A DNA stretch of 64,000 bases from Elusimicrobiota bacterium (GTDB taxonomy: Bacteria > Elusimicrobiota > Elusimicrobia > UBA1565 > UBA9628). The notes beneath the pieces are model-generated. The model did not search any database, had not been told where the DNA came from, and worked only from the letters and a program-made list of their open reading frames with translations. Positions within the stretch are counted from its first letter, which is position 1. Each line of letters begins with the position of its first letter. Shown here piece by piece: positions 18,148 through 27,978 of this stretch. The stretch lies in contig JACRDN010000016.1 of NCBI GenBank assembly GCA_016218575.1, positions 129,306-193,305 of the forward strand, given 5' to 3'. The translations under genes and the position numbers were made by a program.

Positions 18148-19528
18148 GCCGGCTTCCGGCCGCTTGGGAGTGCTCCTCCCGGGCATGGGAGCGGTCACCA
18201 GCACCTTCATCGCGGGCGTCGAGCTCTTCAAGAAGGGCTTGGGAGAGCCCGTGGGGTCGCTCACGCAGCTGCAGACCATTCGCCTGGGCAAGCGCTATGA
18301 GAACCGCAGCCCCCTGATCAAGGATTTCGTGCCCTTGGCGGATTTGAGAGACCTCGTGTTCGGAGGCTGGGACCTCTACCCAGACAACATGCACGAGGCC
18401 GCGGTCAAGGCGGAGGTCTTGAGCCCCGCCCAGATCGCCCCGGTGCGCCGGGAGCTCGCGGCCATACGCCCCATGCCCGCGGTGTTCGATCCCGCCTACG
18501 TCAAGAACCTCAAAACGGGCTTCGCCAAAAAGGGGAACAGCAAATGGGACCTGGCCCGGCAAATCGTCGCCGACATCCAGGCCTTCAAGAAAAAGAACAA
18601 GCTCGAGCGCCTGGTCATGCTGTGGTGCGGCTCGACGGAAATCCTTCCCGAGCCGAGCCACGTCCACGAGACCTTGGCGGCCTTCGAGGAAGGCCTGCGC
18701 AGGAGCGCCCCGGAGATTCCCCCCTCCATGATCTACGCCTACGCGGCGGTGAGCCTCGGCATCCCCTACGGCAACGGCGCGCCCAACCTGTCCGCGGACG
18801 TCCCGGCCCTGGTCGAGCTCGCCGAGAAAACCGGCGCGCCCATCGCCGGCAAGGACTTCAAGACCGGGCAAACCTTGATGAAGACCACGATCGCCCCCAT
18901 GCTCAAGGCCCGGATGCTCGCCCTGCGCGGCTGGTACTCGACCAACATACTCGGCAACCGCGACGGCGAGGTCCTCGACGACCCCGGCTCATTCAAGACC
19001 AAGGAGAAGAGCAAGATGTCGGTGCTCGACTCCATCCTGGACCCGGGGCTCTACCCCCGGCTCTACGGGCAATACTTCCACAAGGTGCGCATAGACTACT
19101 ACCCCCCACGCGGGGATGCCAAGGAGGGCTGGGACAACATAGACATCTCGGGCTGGATGGGCATGCCCATGCAGATCAAGATCAACTTCCTCTGCCGCGA
19201 CTCGATCTTGGCCGCCCCGATCGTCCTGGATCTGGTGCTGTTCCTCGATCTGGCCAAGCGCGCGGGGCTCAAGGGCATCCAGGAGTGGCTCTCGTTCTAC
19301 TTCAAGTCCCCGCAATGCCGCGAGGACTTGAAGCCCGAACACGATATTTTCATACAGCACCTCAAGCTCAAGAACACCTTGCGCCTGCTCATGGGCGAAG
19401 AGGTCCTCGACCACTCGGGGCTAGACTACTACGACGCCAAGAAGGGGACCCCGGTCGCGGCCCCGGCGCCAAAACCGGTCAAGGAAAAGAAGTCAAAGAC
19501 CCTGGCCGCTAGCGCGCGCCGGGCTTGA
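18098..19528 (+). CDS. ino1: myo-Inositol-1-phosphate synthase (bacterial/archaeal MIPS type)
   Basis: 476 aa. NAD-binding N-terminus LGVLLPGMGAVTSTFIAGVE and conserved MIPS blocks (...LWCGSTE..., ...NGAPNLSAD..., ...DFKTGQTLMKTTIAPMLKARML...). GGAGA sits 8 nt before the ATG. It overlaps the preceding gene by 50 nt. Confidence 0.75.
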   Translation: MNTRKHASKSPPKSTVEPASGRLGVLLPGMGAVTSTFIAGVELFKKGLGEPVGSLTQLQTIRLGKRYENRSPLIKDFVPLADLRDLVFGGWDLYPDNMHEAAVKAEVLSPAQIAPVRRELAAIRPMPAVFDPAYVKNLKTGFAKKGNSKWDLARQIVADIQAFKKKNKLERLVMLWCGSTEILPEPSHVHETLAAFEEGLRRSAPEIPPSMIYAYAAVSLGIPYGNGAPNLSADVPALVELAEKTGAPIAGKDFKTGQTLMKTTIAPMLKARMLALRGWYSTNILGNRDGEVLDDPGSFKTKEKSKMSVLDSILDPGLYPRLYGQYFHKVRIDYYPPRGDAKEGWDNIDISGWMGMPMQIKINFLCRDSILAAPIVLDLVLFLDLAKRAGLKGIQEWLSFYFKSPQCREDLKPEHDIFIQHLKLKNTLRLLMGEEVLDHSGLDYYDAKKGTPVAAPAPKPVKEKKSKTLAASARRA

Positions 19529-20621
19529 CCACGGTCCAGCGGAACTCCTTGACGCCATAATTGCCGGCGAGGTCTCCCGCGCTCAGGAGCAGGCGGTGCT
19601 CCCCAGGCGCCCGGGGGAATTGATACGGCCCCTGCCATTGAGTTCCCTCGAAGCTGAACCCCAGGTTGATCGAGAACCGTCTTTCCTCATAGTCCCCCCG
19701 GGACTGGCTGGGCCAGAAAAGGTCGCGCACGTAGACTTCCTCAGAATTACCCGGCAAGAGGTCGAATTTCCAGACCTGGCGCCATGATCCGTCATCCACC
19801 TTGAAGTGAAGAGAGTAAGGCGGTTCGTAGAATTTCCTGTGGTGGATGAGGTCTCGAACCTCAGCCACGATATGGTAATCCGCGGACACCTCGGCGGATT
19901 CGAGCCTTCGGCCATCCTGGACCAAGGCGATATCCACGATCTCCGGCGCCGAGACATCGAAGACGGGCTTCAGGAAAATGAGCGGGTTGAGAAGAAGACC
20001 GTTTTTATCCAAAATCGTCAAATGGATATGGTTGTATTTCTGATTGAACACTTCAAACTTGGAAGATGACAGCCACTCAACAACCGCACCTAAAATCGCC
20101 CCCTCTGGAATGGCCTTGTTTTCGCCAAAGGCCCGATAAATCTCATTAGGAATCGAATCGCCTTGGAGATGCCAATATCTCCACGTATAGCCCGCCTCGT
20201 CCTTGACCGCGACCCCGCAATATTTTCCGCAATCCCCTCCGCTCATCTCAACCACTTTCCCTCCCGCCGAGGCTCTGACCACGGCGCCGGCTTCGGCGCG
20301 AATGTCTATGCCCCTGTGAAAGTACGGACCTTTGCTATCATCATATTCTGGATAGTTTTGATAGGAGCCGAAAATATGCCCCAAGGTCTTCATTTCGACA
20401 GGCCATTCATACTGTTGCCTGGGCGCCGGATAAAGCAACGCTGGAATACGCTCCGGCGGGGTCAATTCCTTGTGGGCAACAGCCTGGGGACCGCTTTCCT
20501 CTTTGAGCCCCTGGAGAATAGCTCTTGCGCTGAAGCCTTTGTCGAAATCCACGGCCCCTGCCCCGGACGATGCCCGGGCACAGAGGCTAAGAACCAGCGC
20601 AACTAGGCCGTATGCCCTCAT
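19509..20621 (-). CDS. Secreted M23-family (LytM-like) metallopeptidase
   Basis: 370 aa from internal start MRAYGLVALVLSLCARASSGAG (signal peptide). M23 motifs HRGIDI and HIHL. The six-frame ORF extends to 20903. Convergent 20-nt overlap with the MIPS gene. Confidence 0.7.
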   Translation of the reverse strand: MRAYGLVALVLSLCARASSGAGAVDFDKGFSARAILQGLKEESGPQAVAHKELTPPERIPALLYPAPRQQYEWPVEMKTLGHIFGSYQNYPEYDDSKGPYFHRGIDIRAEAGAVVRASAGGKVVEMSGGDCGKYCGVAVKDEAGYTWRYWHLQGDSIPNEIYRAFGENKAIPEGAILGAVVEWLSSSKFEVFNQKYNHIHLTILDKNGLLLNPLIFLKPVFDVSAPEIVDIALVQDGRRLESAEVSADYHIVAEVRDLIHHRKFYEPPYSLHFKVDDGSWRQVWKFDLLPGNSEEVYVRDLFWPSQSRGDYEERRFSINLGFSFEGTQWQGPYQFPRAPGEHRLLLSAGDLAGNYGVKEFRWTVVKPGAR

Positions 20622-20707
20622 GGCTTTAGTGTAGCGGGGGGGCCCGGGGTTGAAAGGGCCGTTATACCCAGATCCAGCTGGGTCCAAAGACCCAAAATGA
20701 GAAAAAG

Positions 20708-20743
20708 TTATCCCCAAGACTTCGCGGCGAAGTTTTGGGGATA
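20708..20743. repeat. 36-bp near-perfect palindromic element, copy A
   Basis: TTATCCCCAAGACTTCGCGGCGAAGTTTTGGGGATA. Its two arms pair over 14 bp when G-U pairs are allowed. It ends 2 nt before the first candidate bamA start. A second copy lies at 34128-34163. Confidence 0.6.
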
Positions 20744-20745
20744 CC

Positions 20746-23208
20746 TTGGCCGCCTGGAGCGCTGTGGACGAAGAAGATAGACCGCCCATTGCGCATTTGA
20801 TATACTTCTTCGTCGTGTATTTTTGGCTGATAAGCGCCGTCTTGGCCGCCGCCGGAACGCCGAGCTGGGGGCAGGCTTTAGCGCCCTCTACCGGGACTTT
20901 CACCGGGGCCTCCTTGGACGCCCCCCAAGAGGCGGCGCCGACCCCTCAAGCCTCCACTCCCGGACCCTGGGTCATAGGCGAAATCGCCATATCCGGCAAC
21001 AAGAATTTGACATATAACGTCATCCGCTCCCATATCAAGGCACGCAAGGGCAGCCTCTACGACCGGGCCGAGCTCGACCATGACATCCAGACCCTTCTGG
21101 GCCTGGGAAGCTTCGAGCGCGTGGCGGCCGACATCTCGACGCTCGACAAGCCCGTCCCGGAACCCTACCGCAAAACGGCCGGCACGGACCGCCTCATCAA
21201 GCTTTCCTTGCTGGTCCAGGAAAAGCCCCTGGTGCGCAAGATCAAGTTCGAGGGCAACAAGAAGCTGTCCCGGGGCACCCTCATGGACATCGTGTCCATG
21301 AAGCAGAAGGACCCTTTCGACGGGCTCAAGCTCCAGGAAGACCAGGAGAAAATCCTCAAGAAATACCGGGAAAAGGGCTTTCTCGACGCCGCCGTCCAGT
21401 ACCGCGTGGACAAGGACACCGAGGCCCTCAAGGCCGACGTGACCTTCATCGTCCAGGAAGGCGCCAAGTCCCGCATCTTCTGGGTGGCGCTCAAGGGCGT
21501 CAAGTCCTTCAAGGAAAAGAAAATCCTCAAGCTCATGAAGAACCGCCGCAAAAAGGTCTTCGTGGAAGCCGACCTCAAGGAGGACTCAGGCAAGATAGAG
21601 ACCTTCTACCGCAACAACGGCTTTCTCGACGTGAGCGTGAGCTCCCCCTCGGTTCTCATGAGCGAGGACCAGACCCGCATCTACATAGACATCTCCATCG
21701 ACGAGGGCCGCTCCTACCGTTTCGGCGACACCAGCTTCTCGGGAAACCTCATCTACACCTCGACGGAACTTGCCAAGGCCGTGGAGTACAAGCGGGGCCG
21801 CATATTCAGCCAGGAGAAGTACGAGGCCACCATCAGGTCCATCCAGGAGCTCTACGCCGAGAAAGGCCGCCTGCGCGCCCACATCTCCCCTACCAAGACC
21901 CACAATCCGGCCACCGACCTCATGGACGTGCGCTACGACGTCTCCGAGGGGAACATCGTCTACATCGGCCACGTGGACCTGGAGGGCAACAAAGCGACGA
22001 AGAAATACGTGCTCAAGCGAGAGGTCGTGGTGAAATCCGGCCAGCCCTTCGCGGTCTCGCGCATACGCAAGAGCGTCGAGAAGCTGCGCAACCTCGGCTT
22101 CATAGACGACGTGGACCTCGACATCCAAAACACCCCCGACCCGGACAAGGTGGACGTGACCTTCGACGTGGTGGAGGGCAAACCCGGGGTTCTCACCGCG
22201 GGAGCGGCCTACTCCTCGGTGGACGGGCTCATCGGCACGCTCTCCCTGCAGCATTTGAACCTATTCGGCAGGGCCCAGAGGGCCTCGGTCCAGTGGTCCT
22301 TCGGGCGCAGGGTCCAGGACTACTCGATCAGCTGGACCACCCCCTGGATCTACAACAAACCCATGAGCCTGGGCTTCGACCTTTTCAACACCCGCCGTAT
22401 CAGCCCCTTCAGCTCGTCCTTGAGCGGCTTCGTGGAGAAGGACCGCGGGGGCACCATCCGGCTAGGCCCCCGCTTCGAGGAGGACAAATACCAGCTCAAC
22501 CTCTCATACACCTACTCGGAGATCACGATCACCAACGTGGAGGAGCAGTTCCGCGGCCAGCTGGGCGAGGGCACCAGCGTCTTTTCCTCGGCCGGGGTGG
22601 AATTCGCCCGCGACACCCGGGACAACATATGGGATCCCACCAAGGGCTCGCGCAACGCCGTCGGCGTGCAACTCTCCGGGGGGCCTTTCGGCGGCGACAT
22701 CCACCTCTTCAAGCCGTCCATCTCGAACTCGATCTACTATCACCTGTTCTCGATCGAGGACTACCCCTTCGTCCTGAGCTTTGGAAACCGCGCCGGCTAC
22801 GTCACCCAGTTCGGCGGGACCAAGGATGTCCCGGTTTTCAGCCGCTATTTCCTGGGAGGCCAGGACACTTTGCGCGGCTATGCCCCGACGGGAGAGGTGG
22901 GTTTCCCGTCAGGAGGCAAGGTTTTCGACGTCTTCAACATCGAGTTCGGCTTCCCCCTGGCCCGGGAGCGCAAGAAGACCATAGTCAAATTCGTCACCTT
23001 CTTCGACATGGGCACGGCCTGGGACAACGTGCGCGCCGTGCGCCTGCGCCTGGGAACCGGGGAGTCCGATCTCAAGACCAACGTGGGCTTCGGCATTCGC
23101 TTCACCACTCCCGCCTTCCCCATTCGCCTCGACTGGGGCTACGGCTTCAACCATAGGCCGGGTGAGAAACTGTATCAGATCAACTTCGGACTGGGGAACA
23201 TACTGTGA
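20746..23208 (+). CDS. bamA: Outer membrane protein assembly factor BamA (POTRA repeats + Omp85 beta-barrel)
   Basis: 820 aa. N-terminal hydrophobic signal region, five POTRA-like repeats and the C-terminal surface-antigen D15 barrel ending ...[11 protein letters not shown]. The first in-frame start is TTG 20746. Alternatives are GTG 20764 and TTG 20797, so the start is uncertain. Confidence 0.85.
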   Translation: MAAWSAVDEEDRPPIAHLIYFFVVYFWLISAVLAAAGTPSWGQALAPSTGTFTGASLDAPQEAAPTPQASTPGPWVIGEIAISGNKNLTYNVIRSHIKARKGSLYDRAELDHDIQTLLGLGSFERVAADISTLDKPVPEPYRKTAGTDRLIKLSLLVQEKPLVRKIKFEGNKKLSRGTLMDIVSMKQKDPFDGLKLQEDQEKILKKYREKGFLDAAVQYRVDKDTEALKADVTFIVQEGAKSRIFWVALKGVKSFKEKKILKLMKNRRKKVFVEADLKEDSGKIETFYRNNGFLDVSVSSPSVLMSEDQTRIYIDISIDEGRSYRFGDTSFSGNLIYTSTELAKAVEYKRGRIFSQEKYEATIRSIQELYAEKGRLRAHISPTKTHNPATDLMDVRYDVSEGNIVYIGHVDLEGNKATKKYVLKREVVVKSGQPFAVSRIRKSVEKLRNLGFIDDVDLDIQNTPDPDKVDVTFDVVEGKPGVLTAGAAYSSVDGLIGTLSLQHLNLFGRAQRASVQWSFGRRVQDYSISWTTPWIYNKPMSLGFDLFNTRRISPFSSSLSGFVEKDRGGTIRLGPRFEEDKYQLNLSYTYSEITITNVEEQFRGQLGEGTSVFSSAGVEFARDTRDNIWDPTKGSRNAVGVQLSGGPFGGDIHLFKPSISNSIYYHLFSIEDYPFVLSFGNRAGYVTQFGGTKDVPVFSRYFLGGQDTLRGYAPTGEVGFPSGGKVFDVFNIEFGFPLARERKKTIVKFVTFFDMGTAWDNVRAVRLRLGTGESDLKTNVGFGIRFTTPAFPIRLDWGYGFNHRPGEKLYQINFGLGNIL

Positions 23209-23933
23209 GAACGATACTTTGCCTCTGCCTTTGGGCCTTGGGCGCGGGGGCGCTCCCAAGCTCTGCCGTCGAGCTCGCCCTAGAGGAGAACCGCTCCCAG
23301 CGCGGCAACGTGGGCTACGTGGACATGCGCCAGCTCTTTAAGGCCTTCCCGGAGACTTTGGCCGCCAAGGAGAAATTCGAGCTCGCCCTGCGCCAAGGCG
23401 AGGAGCAGATCAACATACGCAAGATGGAAGTCCTGCGCCTGCGCCACGAGCTCTCCCAACAGAGGATCGAAAGGGAGTCCCTGGCCAAGGCCGCGGCATC
23501 CGCCCCGCCGCCTCCCAAGCCGGCGGAAAAACCAGCCCTGAACCTTCCCGGGGACAGCACGGAACAGGCCAAAGTCGAGCCGCCAAAGACGGAAGCCCCG
23601 CAGCCGGGGGCCCAGAGTGCCGCCAACGATGCGATAACGGCCATTGATTCAAAAATCGCTCAGAAAGCCAAAGACCTCGCTCAAAAAGAAAGCTCCCTCA
23701 AAGACTATCAGGCCTCCACCGAGAAGGCCCTCCTCCAGCGGGAAAAACGGGAATCCGACATCCTCCTGGGAAGGATCAACAAAGCCATCGAGGAAACGGC
23801 CCGGCAGGCCCAGGTGAGCATCGTAGTGGACAAGAGCGCGATCCTCTACGGCCACAAAGCCATGGATCTGACCGACAAAGTGCTCAAGCGCTTGAAGGAG
23901 GCGCCTCCGGAAGGAGTCGCTCCGGGAACCTAA
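23205..23933 (+). CDS. skp: Periplasmic chaperone Skp/OmpH with low-complexity insert
   Basis: 242 aa. Signal peptide and coiled-coil OmpH architecture, with a Pro/Ala/Glu-rich insert. GTG start overlaps the bamA stop (GTGA). The bamA-skp-lpxD gene order is canonical. Confidence 0.7.
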   Translation: MRTILCLCLWALGAGALPSSAVELALEENRSQRGNVGYVDMRQLFKAFPETLAAKEKFELALRQGEEQINIRKMEVLRLRHELSQQRIERESLAKAAASAPPPPKPAEKPALNLPGDSTEQAKVEPPKTEAPQPGAQSAANDAITAIDSKIAQKAKDLAQKESSLKDYQASTEKALLQREKRESDILLGRINKAIEETARQAQVSIVVDKSAILYGHKAMDLTDKVLKRLKEAPPEGVAPGT

Positions 23934-23937
23934 GGAA

Positions 23938-24999
23938 ATGGAACAAACCGATCTCCTGGCCGTCAACAAAACCGTCGGAGAAATCGCCGAGCTCGTGGGA
24001 GGCGAGGCCGCCGGGGATCCCTCCTTTCAAATCGCATCAGCCGCGGGCCTTTCGGAAGCCGGGCCTCAAGACATTTCCTTCCTGGGAAACCCAAAATACC
24101 TCCAAGAAGCCGCGGCCTCCCAAGCCGGCTGCCTGCTCCTTCCGGCGTCGAACCCTCAACTCGCCTGCGCGGCGAAGAACAGGATTTTCGTGGAGGACCC
24201 ACAGTACGCGTTCTCCCAAATTTTGAGCTTGATCGAGAGCCGGCGCCCCCGGCTTCCCGCCATGATAAGCCCCAAGGCGGAGCTTCACTATCAGGCCCGC
24301 CTGGGCCAGGGCGTGGCCGTGGGGCCCTTCACCATCATCGAGCGCGGGGCCGTGGTCGGGGAGGAAACCCGCATCGCCGCCCAATGCTACATCGGAGAAA
24401 ACACGCGCATCGGCCGCTCCTGCCGGATCTATCCCCAAGTGGTGATCCGCGAAAACTGCGTGATCGGGGACCGCGTGATCCTCCACTCCGGGACGGTGGT
24501 CGGCGCCGACGGCTTCGGGTTCTCCACGGACCGAAAAAGCGGCCGGCACCGCAAGATCCCCCAGCTCGGCAACGTGGTCATCGATAACGACGTAGAGCTC
24601 GGCGCCAACGTGACCGTGGACCGGGCCACGGTGGGCTCGACGGTGATCGGCGCCGGGAGCAAGATAGACAACCTGGTGCAGATCGCCCACAACGTAAAGA
24701 TCGGCAAGGGCTGTCTCATCGTGTCCCAGACCGGCATCGCGGGCTCGACCGAGCTCGGGGACCGGGTCATCTTGGCCGGCCAGGCAGGAGTGGCGGGGCA
24801 CCTGCGCTTGGGTGAAGGCGCCATCGTCACGGCCCAGAGCGGGATCATGGCCGATGTGCCCAAGGGGCAGACCGTCTTCGGCACGCCGGCCCGGCCCCAC
24901 CGAGAGGCCTTCAAGCTCCAAGTCCTCTACGGCAGGCTCCCCGAGCTTTTCGAGGCCGTCAAGAACATCAAGGAAAGGCTTGGCGTAGCGGAGAAATAA
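23938..24999 (+). CDS. lpxD: UDP-3-O-acylglucosamine N-acyltransferase LpxD
   Basis: 353 aa. N-terminal LpxD-specific domain followed by left-handed beta-helix hexapeptide repeats. AAGGA Shine-Dalgarno sequence. Confidence 0.9.
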   Translation: MEQTDLLAVNKTVGEIAELVGGEAAGDPSFQIASAAGLSEAGPQDISFLGNPKYLQEAAASQAGCLLLPASNPQLACAAKNRIFVEDPQYAFSQILSLIESRRPRLPAMISPKAELHYQARLGQGVAVGPFTIIERGAVVGEETRIAAQCYIGENTRIGRSCRIYPQVVIRENCVIGDRVILHSGTVVGADGFGFSTDRKSGRHRKIPQLGNVVIDNDVELGANVTVDRATVGSTVIGAGSKIDNLVQIAHNVKIGKGCLIVSQTGIAGSTELGDRVILAGQAGVAGHLRLGEGAIVTAQSGIMADVPKGQTVFGTPARPHREAFKLQVLYGRLPELFEAVKNIKERLGVAEK

Positions 25000-25000
25000 A

Positions 25001-25885
25001 ATGGACGAACTCCAGAGCACGATCAGCCGGGACATCTCCTTGGAGGGCGTAGGCCTCCACACCGGAAACCCCTCCAAAATCACCTTCAAGCCCGCTCCGC
25101 CCAACACCGGCATCCGATTCTTCCGGGAGGACCTTGCCGGGACTCCCATGATCCCGGCGCGCCTGCGCCACGTCGTGGCCACGGTGCGCGGCACCAATTT
25201 GGGCCTCGGGGAGGCCAAGGTCCACACGGTCGAGCACGTCCTGTCGGCCTGCACCGGGGTCGGGGTGGACAACGTGGACGTCTGGGTCACCGCCAACGAG
25301 CCCCCCATCATGGACGGCTCCTCCTTGCCTTTCCTGGAGGCCCTGCTCAAGGCCGGCGTCAAGGCCTATCCCAACGCCCCCAAGCGCTGGCTGCGCCTGC
25401 CCGGGGAGGTGGCCTATTCGGACGGAGCCGCCAAGTACCGCGCCAAGCCCAGCGATCATTTCGAGCTCAAGGTCACCTTGATCCACGACCATCCCATGAT
25501 GCCCAAGATGACCCTTGAGCTTCGCCTTGACCGCCAATCCTACCTGCGCGACATCGCCCGCGCTCGCACCTTCTGCTTCGAGCACGAGGTGGCCTACTTG
25601 CGCTCGCAGGGGCTGGCCCAAGGGGGGTCTCTCGACAACGCCATCGTGATCGGCAAGGACCGCTTCCTCACCAATCCGGAGGGCCTGCGCTACAACGACG
25701 AGTTCGTGAGGCACAAGACCCTCGACCTCATAGGCGACCTCACCCTCATCGGGCGCTCGCTCTTCGAGATGTCCGTCGAGGCGGAATGCCTGGGCCACGC
25801 CCATAACATCGAATTCGCCAAGCGAATCGAAAAGGCCGCCGAAAAAATGCGCAAAAACAACACCGTTCTGGAGGCTCCCAAATGA
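25001..25885 (+). CDS. lpxC: UDP-3-O-acyl-N-acetylglucosamine deacetylase LpxC
   Basis: 294 aa. Typical N-terminus (GVGLHTGNPSKITFKPAPPNTGIRF) and zinc-site blocks (HTVEHVLSA, HKTLDLIGDL). Confidence 0.9.
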   Translation: MDELQSTISRDISLEGVGLHTGNPSKITFKPAPPNTGIRFFREDLAGTPMIPARLRHVVATVRGTNLGLGEAKVHTVEHVLSACTGVGVDNVDVWVTANEPPIMDGSSLPFLEALLKAGVKAYPNAPKRWLRLPGEVAYSDGAAKYRAKPSDHFELKVTLIHDHPMMPKMTLELRLDRQSYLRDIARARTFCFEHEVAYLRSQGLAQGGSLDNAIVIGKDRFLTNPEGLRYNDEFVRHKTLDLIGDLTLIGRSLFEMSVEAECLGHAHNIEFAKRIEKAAEKMRKNNTVLEAPK

Positions 25886-26349
25886 CCACGGAAACGATCT
25901 CATCCCAACCACCGGCCCTGCGCACCCTCGACGTCGCGGCCATCCGAAAGGCCATCCCCCACCGATACCCCTTCCTGCTGGTGGACAAGGTCGAGGTCCT
26001 CGAGGAGGACAAGAAGGCCGTGGGCACCAAGTGCGTGACCATCAACGAGCACTTCTTCCAGGGGCATTTCCCCGAGCACCCGGTGATGCCCGGGGTCCTC
26101 ATCCTCGAGGCCCTGGCCCAGACCGCCTGCGTCATGCTCCTTTCCAAGGGCAGCTACGAGAACAAGATCGCGTATTTCATGGGCATAGACGGAGCTAAGT
26201 TTCGCAGCCCAGTGCTGCCGGGCTGCGTGCTCAAGCTTAACGTGGAGGTCCTGCGCCTGGGGCGGGCGGGCAAATTCAAGGGCGAAGCCTTCGTGGACGG
26301 CAAGATGGCGGCCGAAGCCGAGATGTCCTTCGCCTTGGTGGACAAATAA
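25882..26349 (+). CDS. fabZ: 3-Hydroxyacyl-ACP dehydratase FabZ
   Basis: 155 aa. Hot-dog fold with the conserved block FFQGHFPEHPVMPGVLILEALAQ. ATGA overlap with lpxC. It is a separate gene, not fused to lpxC. Confidence 0.9.
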   Translation: MTTETISSQPPALRTLDVAAIRKAIPHRYPFLLVDKVEVLEEDKKAVGTKCVTINEHFFQGHFPEHPVMPGVLILEALAQTACVMLLSKGSYENKIAYFMGIDGAKFRSPVLPGCVLKLNVEVLRLGRAGKFKGEAFVDGKMAAEAEMSFALVDK

Positions 26350-26350
26350 C

Positions 26351-27151
26351 ATGGCCATCCACCCCACGGCCATAGTCCACCCGAGCGCCAATCTCGACCC
26401 CTCCGTGCAGGTCGGCCCCTACGCCGTCATCGGCGAGGACGTGGAGATCGGCGCCGGAAGCGTGGTGGGCCCGCACTCGGTCGTTGAATTCGCGTCGCTC
26501 GGCAAGGAAAACCGCCTTCACTCCGGCTGCTACGTGGGCACGGCCCCCCAGGATCTCAAATACGCCGGGGAGCGCACGCGCCTGGTGATGGGAGACGGCA
26601 ATGTCGTGCGCGAGTGCGTGACCTTGAACCGCGGCACCGCCGCCCACGGCGAGACCCGTATAGGAAGCCGATGCCTTTTCATGGCCTATTCCCACGTGGC
26701 CCATGATTGCGTGCTGGGAGACGGGGTCATCCTCGTCAACTCCTCGGCCGCGGCCGGGCACGTGGAGCTCGGGGACTACACCGTGGTGGGAGGCATGGCC
26801 GGCCTGCACCAGTACGCCAGGGCCGGGCGCTACTGCATGATCGGGGCGGGATCCATGGTGAGCAAGGACGTTCCCTCATTTTGCACCTGCCAGGGAGACC
26901 GCGCGACCTTGCGGGGGCTGAACTTGGTGGGCATGAGGCGGGCGGGGCTCGGCCGGGAAATCGTCCACGGGGTCAAGGAAGCCTATAAAACGCTGTTTTT
27001 GTCGGGGCTCTCGCTGGAAGAAGCCCTGAACCAGCTCAAGGCCTCTTCCATTACGGAAATTCTGGACATGGTCCGGTTCATCGAGACGGCCAAGCGCGGG
27101 ATTCTCCGCCCCGCCTCGGGCGCCGCGGCCGAGGAAGAGGTAAGCGTCTGA
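26351..27151 (+). CDS. lpxA: Acyl-ACP:UDP-GlcNAc O-acyltransferase LpxA
   Basis: 266 aa. Hexapeptide-repeat beta-helix (MAIHPTAIVHPSANLDPSVQVGPYAVIG...) plus the LpxA C-terminal helical domain. Confidence 0.9.
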   Translation: MAIHPTAIVHPSANLDPSVQVGPYAVIGEDVEIGAGSVVGPHSVVEFASLGKENRLHSGCYVGTAPQDLKYAGERTRLVMGDGNVVRECVTLNRGTAAHGETRIGSRCLFMAYSHVAHDCVLGDGVILVNSSAAAGHVELGDYTVVGGMAGLHQYARAGRYCMIGAGSMVSKDVPSFCTCQGDRATLRGLNLVGMRRAGLGREIVHGVKEAYKTLFLSGLSLEEALNQLKASSITEILDMVRFIETAKRGILRPASGAAAEEEVSV

Positions 27152-27978
27152 AGCTCGGGCTCATCGCTGGATCTGGGCGGTTTCCCATCCTGGTGGCGCG
27201 GGAGGCCAAGCGCCAAGGCCTGGAAGTGGTGGCCCTGGGCATCCCAGGGGTCACGGACAAGGCCCTGGAGGAGCTCGTCGGTGAAATACATTATTTCAAG
27301 CTCGGCCAAATCGACAAGCCGATCCAAACCTTGAAGACGGCCGGAGCCCAAAAGGCGGTCATGGCCGGGAAGATCCAGCACGTTTCGCTCTTCGGCGGCC
27401 TCCTCCCCGACATGCGCGCGGCCAAACTGCTGGCTCGCATTCCCGACAAGCGCACCGACACCATCTTGAAGGCCGTGGCCGATGAGTTCGCCAAGGACGG
27501 CATCGCGCTTCTTTCCTCGGCAGCCTACCTCTCGCACCTCCTGGTGCCGGAGGGCCCGCTCACCTCCCGCAAGCCCAACCCCTTGGAAGAGGCCGACATC
27601 CGCCTGGGCTGGAAAGCGGCCAAGGCCCTCGCGGGCTTCGACATCGGCCAAACCGTCGTGGTCCAGGGCGGGGCGGTGGTGGCCGTGGAGGCCATGGAGG
27701 GGACCGACGCCTGCGTGGAGCGGGCGAGCGCTTTGGCCCGCTCTTTCGGCAAGGACCCGCGCCTGACCGTGGTCAAGGTGGCCAAGCCCAAGCAGGACCT
27801 GCGCTTCGACATTCCCATCGTGGGCCTCGACTCCCTGAAAACTTTCGCCAAGGCCAACGTCTCGGCCCTGGCCTTGGAGGCCGGGTCCACCTTGATTTTC
27901 GACAAGGAGCGATTCCTCGAGGAGGCGGGCGGGCTCAAGCTCGCCATCGCGGGCCTCAAGGCCGAGGCTTTCTCATGA
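27148..27978 (+). CDS. lpxI: UDP-2,3-diacylglucosamine hydrolase LpxI (DUF1009), probably CTG-initiated
   Basis: DUF1009/LpxI located between lpxA and lpxB. The conserved LpxI N-terminus LKLGLIAGSGRFPILVAREAK is encoded in frame upstream of the first canonical start (GTG 27193, where the ORF track begins). No ATG, GTG or TTG precedes it. The first in-frame codon after the lpxA stop is CTG 27148, which overlaps the lpxA TGA (CTGA). The 5' end is uncertain; the ORF-track gene would be 27193-27978. Confidence 0.65.
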   Translation: MKLGLIAGSGRFPILVAREAKRQGLEVVALGIPGVTDKALEELVGEIHYFKLGQIDKPIQTLKTAGAQKAVMAGKIQHVSLFGGLLPDMRAAKLLARIPDKRTDTILKAVADEFAKDGIALLSSAAYLSHLLVPEGPLTSRKPNPLEEADIRLGWKAAKALAGFDIGQTVVVQGGAVVAVEAMEGTDACVERASALARSFGKDPRLTVVKVAKPKQDLRFDIPIVGLDSLKTFAKANVSALALEAGSTLIFDKERFLEEAGGLKLAIAGLKAEAFS

